64,000 bases of DNA from Pyrinomonadaceae bacterium (GTDB lineage Bacteria > Acidobacteriota > Blastocatellia > Pyrinomonadales > Pyrinomonadaceae), in contig DASZEQ010000029.1 of the NCBI GenBank assembly GCA_035940695.1, positions 106,548-170,547 on the forward strand, written 5' to 3'. Below the pieces are notes generated by a model. The model was not told where the DNA came from and ran no database searches. It worked only from the letters and a program-made list of their open reading frames with translations. Positions 37,558 to 46,400 of the stretch are shown here, in pieces. Numbering within the stretch: position 1 is the first letter of the stretch; every line of letters starts with the position of its first letter. The translations under genes and the position numbers were made by a program.

Positions 37558-38391
37558 ATGCCTGAGCTACCCGAAGTCGAACTCGTCGCGCGCGCCCTCG
37601 ATGGCCTCGTCAGTTCGCGGCGCGTGTTGGCCGCGAGACTTTTGCGCGCCGGTCTCGCGCCGGACACGCCGCCTGCCGTCTTCGCACGCGCCCTGCGCGG
37701 CCGTCGCATCGAACGCGTCACGCGGCGCGGCAAGCACATCCTCTTCGAGTTTGAAGGCGCGCAAACGCTCATCGCGCATCTGCGCATGACCGGGAGATTT
37801 ATGCTCCTGCCGCCCGAAGCCGCGCCGCCCAAGCACACCCACGCCCTCTTTTATCTCGACGACGAACGGCGGCTCGTCTTCTCCGACCAGCGACACTTCG
37901 GGATGATGAAACTCGTCGGCACGGCCGATCTGGCGCACGCGAAAGAACTGCGCCTGCTCGCCCCCGAACCCTTCTCCGGCGACTTCACGCCCGACTACCT
38001 GCGGACGACCTTCGCCCGCACGCGCCGCACACTGAAAGAGACGCTGCTCGATCAAAGGAAGGTCACGGGTCTCGGCAACATCTACGCCGCCGAAGCTCTG
38101 TTCCTCGCGCGCATCAACCCCTTTCGCGCCGCCGCCGAAATCTCACCGCGCCGCCTGCCCCGACTTCATCAAGCCATCCTCGACGTGTTCAACGAATCAA
38201 TCGCGCACGGCTCGACCATGAACGTTGACCCCGAAAACATCGACGGGAGCTACTACGACGGCGGCTTCAACGGCCGCTGGCGCGTCTACGACCGCGAAGG
38301 CGAACCCTGTCTCGACTGCCGCGCCTCCATTCGACGCATCACGCACGCCGGACGCTCCACCTATTTCTGCCCGCGCTGCCAGCAAAGATAA
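37558..38391 (+). CDS. mutM: Formamidopyrimidine-DNA glycosylase
   Basis: N-terminal MPELPEVE and C-terminal zinc finger CxxC...CxxC (CLDC...CPRC). Confidence 0.93.
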   Translation: MPELPEVELVARALDGLVSSRRVLAARLLRAGLAPDTPPAVFARALRGRRIERVTRRGKHILFEFEGAQTLIAHLRMTGRFMLLPPEAAPPKHTHALFYLDDERRLVFSDQRHFGMMKLVGTADLAHAKELRLLAPEPFSGDFTPDYLRTTFARTRRTLKETLLDQRKVTGLGNIYAAEALFLARINPFRAAAEISPRRLPRLHQAILDVFNESIAHGSTMNVDPENIDGSYYDGGFNGRWRVYDREGEPCLDCRASIRRITHAGRSTYFCPRCQQR

Positions 38392-38396
38392 AAGCG

Positions 38397-38516
38397 GAGG
38401 TTAGAGGTCAGAGGTCAGAGGTCAGTAGAGACAAATTGAAGGCCGGTGAAAGCGCGTAAGATCACTTTCACCGGCCTTTTTTTACTAACCTCTAACTTCT
38501 AACCTCTGACCTCTCG
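38397..38516. repeat. Heptamer-hairpin element, AGAGGTY family, enclosing a terminator
   Basis: Left arm gaggtta gaggtca gaggtca gaggtca. Right arm ctaacct ctaactt ctaacct ctgacct. The arms flank the hairpin at 38439-38483. Confidence 0.9.
38439..38483 (+). terminator. Intrinsic terminator of mutM (nested in the heptamer element)
   Basis: 14-bp stem aaggccggtgaaag/ctttcaccggcctt followed by a T7 run. Confidence 0.85.
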
Positions 38517-38519
38517 CCT

Positions 38520-40748
38520 TTACAAGTTTTGCACGATGAAGTCGGTCATCATCTGTCGCATGTGTTTGAGCAGGAGCGGGTCGGTCACGCCGTGGCGCGA
38601 CTTGGGATAGAGCATGAGTTGGAAGGGCTTGCCCGCCTTCTGTAGTTCGTAGGCAAACTGGATGGTGTTCTGGACGTGAACGTTGTCGTCCATCGTGCCG
38701 TGGATGAGCAGGAGTTTGCCGTGCAGGTCTTTCGCGTTGTGCAGCGGCGAAGCCTTGCGATAGCCTTCGGGGTTGTTCTGCGGCGTGCCCATGTAACGCT
38801 CTGTGTAGATGCTGTCGTAATCGCGCCAGTCCGAGACGGTTCCGCCCGCGATGCCGATCTTGAAGCTCTGGCTGTGGGTCAACGCGTAGGAAGTCATAAA
38901 GCCGCCGTAGCTCCAGCCCCAGAGGCCGATGCGCGAGCCGTCAACGTAGGGCTGCGACTTCAACCACGAGAGGCCGTCTTCCAGATCGCGCAGTTCCAAC
39001 TCCCCGAAGTTGCGATAGACCGGCCAAGCGGATTCCACGCCTTTGTTGCTCGCCGTGCGGTTATCGCAAATCCAGACGATGTAGCCCTTCTGCGCGAGAA
39101 GTTGATGCCAGAGATAGCCGAGGCCGCCCCACCCGTTTCGCACCTGTGGGGCTTGCGGCCCGCTGTAGGTGAACGACATCACCGGGTATTTTTTCGACGG
39201 GTCGAAATCCGGCGGGCGAATCATCATCGCCTCCATCGTGAAGCCGTCGCGCGTCTTGACCTGCATCAGTTCGGCCTTGCCGAGTTTGTATTGCGCGAGG
39301 GCGGCGACTTTGTTTTCCGCCAGCACGCGCACGAGTTTGCCATTAGCGTCGAAGAGACGCACCTGCGTCGGCGTGTTGATGTCGTTCCAGTAATGGACGT
39401 AGTGCGTGAAGGTCGGGTTGAAGTCAACGCGGTGCGAGCCTTCGCCCTGCGTGATGCGCGTCTGTCCCGTGCCGTCGAGATTGATGCGGTAGGCGTTCGT
39501 CGCAATGTGGCTCGCTTCCGTGCCCGTGAAATAGATGACGCCCTTCGCTTCGTCCACGCCCTCGACCGAACGAATCTCCCACTTGCCGTCCGTCACCTGC
39601 CGGATCAATTTGCCGTCGGCCGCGTAGTGATAGAGGTGCTGCCAGCCGTTGCGCTCGCTCAACCAGAGAAACGAGCCGTCTTTCAGGTAACGCGGATTAT
39701 TGTCCTTCGCTTCGACCCACGCTTTGGTCGTCTCGCGAAAGAGCGTCGAGGTCTTGCCGTCCGACGCGTTGGCGTAGTTCAGGTCGAGATACTTCTGCTC
39801 CCGATCCTGCGCGTGAAAGATGACCCGGCGACTGTCGGGCGTCCAGCCGACGCGCGTGATCAACAGATCGTCCGGTTGATACTTGTAAGTATCGACCCAG
39901 CGCGTCGCGCCGCCGGAGGCGTTGACGATGCCGAGCTTGACGACGGGGTTCGGATCGCCCGCCTTCGGGTAGGGCGTGATCTCCAACTCCTGCCTGACCG
40001 GAATGTGATCCACCACGGCGAATTCGTGCACCGGCGTTTCGTCCAGACGCAGGTAGGCGATCATGTTTGAATCGGGACTCCACCAGTAGCCCTCGAAGTT
40101 GCCGCGCCCGTAGAGTTCTTCCTGATAAACCCAGTCGAGACGGCCGTTCAGGATTTTGGGCGAGCCGTCGCTCGTGAGCGCGCGTTCCTTCTGCCCGCCG
40201 AGATCGACGATGTAGATGTTGTTGCCGCGCACGTAAGAGACCATGCGCCCGTCGGGGCTGAACGTCTCGCCCACCTCTTCGTCCGGCGAGTTTGTCAGAC
40301 GCCACGCGCGGTCGCTGTTGAACTCGTAATAAAAGAGATCGTTGGCGTGATTGATGAGCGCGCCGGTCTGCGACGGGTTCAACTGGTAGTTGGTGCGATT
40401 GGCGAGGCGGCGCGCGTCCTCGCTCGACATGCCGGGGAGCGCGTTCAGTGCGGCCTCCATCTTCGCGGCGTCGAAGAACGCGGACGTGTCGCCCGTCAGG
40501 GCGTTGACGCGGACGATGCGCGGCGTGCCCGGCTTCGTCGGGTCGCCCGCGACCAAGTAACTTTTGCCGTCCTTGAGCCAGCGCGGCGCGGGCGTCGAGC
40601 CGCTGAAGTTGACCCGCTTGACCGGGTCGTAGAGTTCTTCGACGGTCAACAGTTTCTCCTGCGCGAAAGCGTGGGAGGAAAGAGCGAGTAAGATAAAGGC
40701 GAGTGTGAAAAGTGTCAGGCGTTTACGCACTGTGGAATTCTCCTGCAA
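38520..40748 (-). CDS. Dipeptidyl-peptidase IV family serine peptidase (S9B)
   Basis: Signal peptide, DPPIV N-terminal propeller region, and catalytic GWSYGG with the Asp/His region (HGTMDDNVH). Confidence 0.9.
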   Translation of the reverse strand: MQENSTVRKRLTLFTLAFILLALSSHAFAQEKLLTVEELYDPVKRVNFSGSTPAPRWLKDGKSYLVAGDPTKPGTPRIVRVNALTGDTSAFFDAAKMEAALNALPGMSSEDARRLANRTNYQLNPSQTGALINHANDLFYYEFNSDRAWRLTNSPDEEVGETFSPDGRMVSYVRGNNIYIVDLGGQKERALTSDGSPKILNGRLDWVYQEELYGRGNFEGYWWSPDSNMIAYLRLDETPVHEFAVVDHIPVRQELEITPYPKAGDPNPVVKLGIVNASGGATRWVDTYKYQPDDLLITRVGWTPDSRRVIFHAQDREQKYLDLNYANASDGKTSTLFRETTKAWVEAKDNNPRYLKDGSFLWLSERNGWQHLYHYAADGKLIRQVTDGKWEIRSVEGVDEAKGVIYFTGTEASHIATNAYRINLDGTGQTRITQGEGSHRVDFNPTFTHYVHYWNDINTPTQVRLFDANGKLVRVLAENKVAALAQYKLGKAELMQVKTRDGFTMEAMMIRPPDFDPSKKYPVMSFTYSGPQAPQVRNGWGGLGYLWHQLLAQKGYIVWICDNRTASNKGVESAWPVYRNFGELELRDLEDGLSWLKSQPYVDGSRIGLWGWSYGGFMTSYALTHSQSFKIGIAGGTVSDWRDYDSIYTERYMGTPQNNPEGYRKASPLHNAKDLHGKLLLIHGTMDDNVHVQNTIQFAYELQKAGKPFQLMLYPKSRHGVTDPLLLKHMRQMMTDFIVQNL

Positions 40749-41001
40749 GTTAAGTTGAAGCGGTGTCGAATTTCTACTCTAACAGATTCGCGCCCGCACG
40801 GCCGCGCGCAAGTTCCGGCGTCGGTTTATTCGGGGAGAAGGCGCAGTTTATTTTGAACGCTCGAAGCATTCAGCCAAAATCAAACGCGCCTGTCAAGAAG
40901 ATTCCCGGTTGATACGCAAGGCGGGCGCAACCGGTTTCAACCGTCGCCCACGCGTTCGAGCCTCACGCGTAAAGGCGCACGCCGCGCCGCGGGCGCGTCG
41001 C

Positions 41002-41031
41002 TTGACAGCCGCCGCCGGACGGGCGTATAAG
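41002..41031 (+). promoter_or_regulatory. Sigma-70-like promoter of the methionine-gene leader
   Basis: TTGACA, 18 nt, TATAAG. About 225 nt upstream of the ATG. Confidence 0.55.
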
Positions 41032-41144
41032 CGCGTTTGAGAAAAGACGTGGTGAGTTAAGGCGACTTGCGGCCACGTAAAATAAACCGCTAAACAGCAC
41101 GACTCTTCCGTCGAAGCGCCACCCTCTTCGAGCCGCTTTTCTGA

Positions 41145-41178
41145 AGTCCCGCGTTGTTTGGCGCGGGACTTTCGTTTT
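41145..41178 (+). terminator. Intrinsic terminator/attenuator inside the 5' leader
   Basis: 9-bp stem agtcccgcg/cgcgggact with an 8-nt loop, followed by ttcgtttt. Lies between the promoter and the coding start. Confidence 0.65.
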
Positions 41179-41179
41179 G

Positions 41180-41252
41180 AGCCGTCAACTATCAGCGGTC
41201 AGCTATCAGCTTTTTGTCTGTGCTGACGGCTGACGGCTGACCGCTGACAGCT
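41180..41252. repeat. Heptamer-hairpin element, GCTGAYR family (leader of the methionine gene)
   Basis: agccgtcaactatcagcggtcagctatcagc, loop tttttgtctgt, then gctgacg gctgacg gctgacc gctgaca gc. Ends 6 nt before the ATG. Confidence 0.9.
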
Positions 41253-41257
41253 TCTTT

Positions 41258-43153
41258 ATGGAAAACTTTCGCGACCTACTTTCGAGCGACCAGATCACAG
41301 TGTTTGACGGCGCGATGGGCACGATGCTCTATGCAAAGGGCGTCTACATCAATCGCTCCTATGACGAGTTGAATCTGACGAACCCCGACCTCGTGCGCGA
41401 GGTGCATCAGGAATACGTGCGCGCGGGCGCGGACGTTATCGAGACGAACACCTTCGGCGCAACCGCTCACAACTTGCAGCAGTACGGATTGGAGGCGAGC
41501 CTTCGCCAGATCAACATCACGGCCGCACGTCTCGCGCGCGAGGCCGCCTGCGAACGCTGCCACGTCGCGGGCGCAATCGGCCCACTCGGCCTGCGTATCG
41601 AGCCTTACGGCCCCACCTCTTTCGACGAAGCGAAGGAGATGTTCAAGCAACAGGTCTCCGCGCTGCTCGAAGGGGGTGTTGACCTCTTCATCCTCGAAAC
41701 TTTCTCCGACATCTCCGAGATTCGCCAAGCCCTGCGCGCCGTGCGCGAACTTTGCGACCTGCCCGTCATCGCGCAGATGACGATCCTCGCTGACGGCAAC
41801 ACCTCTTACGGCACGACGCCCGAAGTCTTCACCACGCGCCTAGACGAATGGGGTGCGGACGTGATCGGCCTCAACTGCGGCGTCGGCCCGGCCGACGTGC
41901 TCACGGCCATCGAAAAGATGCGTAAGGTGACGGACAAGAAGTTGTCCGCACAACCCAACGCCGGTTTGCCGCGTGACGTGCAGGGGCGGCAGTTTTACAT
42001 GAGTTCGCCGGAGTACATGGCGAAGTATGCGAAGCGTCTGATTCAGGCGGGCGTGAAAGTGATCGGCGGCTGTTGCGGCACGATGCCCGCACACATCAAG
42101 CTCATCTCCGACGCCGTGCGCGCCGCTTCGCCCCGCAAGCAGCGCGTCATCTTCAAAACCGAGCAACCGGCGCGCATCGAAGAATTGCAGCCCACAGACA
42201 TTCAGGTCGTGCCGTTGGCGGAGCGTTCAAACTGGGCGCGACGGCTCGTGGGCGGCGAGTTTGTGACGACCGTGGAGGTGCTGCCGCCGAAAGGCTGCGA
42301 CGCCGCCAAGACCCTCGATCAAATACGGCTGCTCAAGACCGCCGGAGTCAACGCCGTCAACATCCCCGACGGGCCACGCGCGCAGACGCGCATGAGCGCG
42401 CAGGCCACCGCGCTGCTGGTCGAACGCGAGATCGGCCTCGAAGCCGTGCTCCACTATTGTTGCCGCGACCGCAACCTGCTCGGCATGATGTCCGACCTGC
42501 TCGGCGCGGCCGCGCTCGGCTTGCGGAATCTTCTGTTAATCACCGGCGACCCGCCGAAGATGGGGCCGTACCCGGACGCTACGGCCGTCTTCGACATCGA
42601 TTCCATCGGCCTGACCAACATGGTCAACAAGCTCAACCACGGTCTCGACCTCGGCAACAATCCCATCGGCTGCCCGACCTCTTTCTGTATCGGCGTCGGC
42701 GTCAACCCCGGCGCGATCAATCTCGACGAAGAGATCAAACGTTTCGAGTACAAGGTCGAGGCGGGCGCGGAATACGCCATCACGCAACCGGTCTTCGACG
42801 TGGGACAATTGCGCGACTTCCTCAAAAAAATCGAGCACGTCCGCATCCCCGTCATCGCGGGCATCTGGCCGCTCGTCTCCTTTCGCAACGCCGAGTTTCT
42901 CCACAACGAAGTGCCCGGCGTCCGCGTCACGCCTTCGATCATGGAACGCATGCGGCGCGCCTCTGACATCGGGAAAGAAGCCGCGCGCGACGAGGGCTTG
43001 CAGATCGCGCGCGAGTCGCTGCTCGAAGTGCGCGATCTGATACAGGGCGTGCAAGTCTCCGCCCCCTTCAACAACGTCCGCTACGCGCTCGAAGTGTTCG
43101 AGGCTCTGCCGGAGTTCGGCGCGCAGAGCGAAACGACGACGGCCGCCGGTTAG
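41258..43153 (+). CDS. Bifunctional homocysteine S-methyltransferase / 5,10-methylenetetrahydrofolate reductase (YitJ-like)
   Basis: N-terminal Hcy-binding domain (DGAMGT, ETNTFGA, GLNCG, GGCCGT zinc ligands) followed by an MTHFR-like TIM barrel (SFE..PPK..., HYCCRDRN, LLITGDPP). No B12 domain. Confidence 0.88.
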   Translation: MENFRDLLSSDQITVFDGAMGTMLYAKGVYINRSYDELNLTNPDLVREVHQEYVRAGADVIETNTFGATAHNLQQYGLEASLRQINITAARLAREAACERCHVAGAIGPLGLRIEPYGPTSFDEAKEMFKQQVSALLEGGVDLFILETFSDISEIRQALRAVRELCDLPVIAQMTILADGNTSYGTTPEVFTTRLDEWGADVIGLNCGVGPADVLTAIEKMRKVTDKKLSAQPNAGLPRDVQGRQFYMSSPEYMAKYAKRLIQAGVKVIGGCCGTMPAHIKLISDAVRAASPRKQRVIFKTEQPARIEELQPTDIQVVPLAERSNWARRLVGGEFVTTVEVLPPKGCDAAKTLDQIRLLKTAGVNAVNIPDGPRAQTRMSAQATALLVEREIGLEAVLHYCCRDRNLLGMMSDLLGAAALGLRNLLLITGDPPKMGPYPDATAVFDIDSIGLTNMVNKLNHGLDLGNNPIGCPTSFCIGVGVNPGAINLDEEIKRFEYKVEAGAEYAITQPVFDVGQLRDFLKKIEHVRIPVIAGIWPLVSFRNAEFLHNEVPGVRVTPSIMERMRRASDIGKEAARDEGLQIARESLLEVRDLIQGVQVSAPFNNVRYALEVFEALPEFGAQSETTTAAG

Positions 43154-43424
43154 CCGTTGCAACATTTTTGCCAGTAACTTTTGCTTGTATTTTTCGCGCC
43201 CCCGTGTAGAATGCCGCGCGTTAAGTATCGGAGACCCGCGCGCGTGCGGCGTTACCTCAGACGGCATCTTTAACGCCCCGCGCGAATTGACGGCATCAGC
43301 GCAACCCTCTACGCGCCCCTTGCCGGATCGTTCGACCCACAGACTCACGCCCCTCTAAAAACAATATCCGCACCGGTTCGCCCGGCGTTTTCTACGCCTG
43401 CGCGCTCCGGCAAGGAGCACGACC

Positions 43425-46400
43425 TTGAACACTCACGCGAGGCGACTCTGCGCCTCCTTCCTCGCAGCCTTCGCGCTCTGCCTGTGGGTCGCATCCGTGC
43501 GCTCGCAAAACGGCGCGGTGCGTCCGATCACCACGACGCCCGAACACGCTCTCAGCCTCAACCCGACCATCAGCGGCGACGGCCAACGCGTCGCTTTTGA
43601 ATCGAACGCCAACTTGACCGGCGCAAACAGCAGCGGCGGCAGCGCGCGCTTTCACGCCCTGCGCGTGGATTTATCCGGAGCGCGCGACGCGTTTACGGAC
43701 GTGGCCGCGTCGCGCGCGCCAGCCCCCGCCATGTCGCGCGACGGCTCGCGGCTTGCGTTCGCCAGCCACGAAAATTTGACCGGAGAAAACGCCGACGGCA
43801 ACTCGGAGATATTTCTCTTCGCGGACGAGAGGCTGCAACAGATCACTCACACGTCGCCACGCGACCCCGCGCAACGCACCGCCGAAGGAAATTTCCAACC
43901 CTCCGTCTCCGACGACGGCTCGCTCGTCGCCTTCGCATCCAATCGCGATCTGACGGGCGCAAACCCGGACGCGAACCTCGAAATCTTCCTCTACGACCAC
44001 GCCGCCCGCACCTTCAAACAACTCACCGACGCGACCCACACGACCAACTCAAGCGACGCCAAGATCAGCGGCGACGGCACGCGCATCGCCTTCATACGCG
44101 ACGCGCAAGCGGCGGGCGGCGACGACGACGCTCGGCGCACGCGCGACTTGATGTTGTTTGAACGCGCCGACAATTCGACGCGCATCGTCGCACCCGGCGT
44201 CGAAGCGTTGTCGATGACTTATGGCCGCGCGATCAGCACCGACGGACGGCGCGTAGTCTATTCGGCGCAGACGGCGGCGCGCACGACACAGGTGTTTCTC
44301 TACGACGGGCGCAACGAGCAGATCCGGCAACTCACCGCTCTCGGCTCGCGCGCCGCGGACGTCCCGCTCCACCCGACCATCAGCGGCGACGGCTCGCGTG
44401 TCGCTTTCGCCACGCGGCGCAACGTCTCCGGCGGCAATTCGGACGCGAGCGTCGAGTTGTATCTCTACGATCTCCCCACAGCCAAATTTTCCCGCGTCAC
44501 CGACGCGCCCTCCGGCGCAAACGCCGAAGTCGTCTCTTCTCTCAACGAAGACGGCTCGCTCGTCGCGTTCAACTTTCCGCGCGTGCTGACACAAGCAATT
44601 TCCGACGCCGACTTCGCCAACAACTCCGAGATTTATCTGGCGCGTCTCGACGCCCGCGCCCCCTTCTCAACCAACCTGCAAATTTTGCACGGCGCGTCGT
44701 TCGGCAAAGAACCCGCCCCCGTGAAGTCCATCGCGCCCGGTCAAATCGCGGTCGCGCGGGGCGTCAATCTCGCCCTCGATGCCACGCGCTCGCGGCCGTC
44801 GGACGGCGGCGCATTTCCGCTCACGCTCGGCGGCGCAACGCTCTTGGTCAACGGGCGACGCGCCCAACTCTTTTACGCCTCGCCCACGCAGATCAACTTC
44901 CACGTCCCGGCCGAAACCGAAACGGGCACGGCGCAAGTGGTGGTACGTAATCACGACGGCCAAGAGTCGCGCGCGTTTGTCGCGGTGTCGCCCGCCGCGC
45001 CCGGCGTCTTTACGGAAAGCGGCGACGGCAGCGGCGCAAGCGTCGCGCTCGACGCGCAGACATTCTTACGCAGCCCCTTCGATCCGGTTGACGCCGCAAA
45101 CCGCCCGCGACGCCTGATCATCTTCGCGACCGGCGTGCGCGGCGCGCAGTCAATCGCCGTCACCGTCGGCGGGCGCGTGCTCGTGGTGGAAAACATTTTG
45201 CCTTCGCCCGACCTGCCCGGTCTGGACGAGATACACGTCCTGCTCTCGCGCTCGCTGGCCGGGGCGGGCGATGTTCCGCTCGTCGTGCGCGCCGACGGGC
45301 GCGAGAGTAATCCGACGCATATCAACTTCACGGGCACGCGTCGCCCCGCGAGCATCGCGCTCGAACCCGCGTCGGCCTCTGTGGGCGTCGGCCGCTCCGT
45401 GCGTTTTGCGGCTTCGGTGCGCGACGCCGACGGCGTCGAGATCGCAAACGCGCCCGTCGCCTTTAACACGTCCGACGAGAGCGTGGCGACGATAGACACG
45501 GGCGGCGTCGCGCGCGGCTTGCGCGCAGGGACGGCGACTATCAAGGCCACTTCCGGCGAAGTCTCTGCGACGGCGCACCTGTCTGTCTTTCCGCTCACGC
45601 TCGTCCTCAACGAAGTTCTCGCAGACCCGCCCGACGGCGCGGCGGGCGACGCCAACCACGACGGCGCGCGCAGTTCGACGCAGGACGAGTTTATCGAACT
45701 CGTCAACGCTTCGACGGTTGATCTGAACATCGGCGGCTATCAACTCACGACTCGCGGCGCGAGCGGCGCGGACATCGTGCGCCACACTTTCGCGGCCGAC
45801 ACCATCGTCGCTCCCGGCACGGCAATCGTCGTGTTCGGCGGGGCGCAAGTTGACGCGTTCGACCCCACGCATCCCGCGTTCGCGGGCGCGCTTGTCCAGA
45901 CCGCTTCGACCGGCGCGCTGTCTCTCACAAACGGCGGCAGCGTCGTCAAACTACTCGACCCGGCGGGCGCGACCGTCGAACAAATAGCTTACGGCGGCGC
46001 GGGCGAACCCGACGGCGACCGCAACCAATCGCTCACACGTGCGCCGGATGTCGTAGGCGATTTCATCCCACATGAAACCGCACCCGCCAGCGTTGGTCGT
46101 TCGTTCTCTCCGGGCACGCGCATAGACGCGACGCCTTTTCTCAACAGCGCCCCCATCGCTCGCATCGAAGTCGCGCCTCCGCTTGCGACCATCGAACGCG
46201 GCGAGCAACAACAGTTCACGGCGCGCGCCTTCGACGCGAACGGGGCGGAACTTCAAGGAATCATTTTCCGCTGGCAGTCTACAGACGCGGCGGTGGCGAC
46301 GATTGACGCGGGCGGCCTCGCGCGCTCGTCGGCGTCGGGCGAGACACAAATCACGGCCACGGGGCGCGGCGTTCAATCGACGCCCGCGATGCTTGAAGTG

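Noticed and set aside
41038-41144. SAM-I or SAH riboswitch in the methionine-gene leader.
   Set aside because: The recalled conserved cores are not present: the SAM-I GAGGGA...GCAACC four-way junction and the SAH GAGGAGCG...CAGGCUCGG motif. The class is left unassigned.
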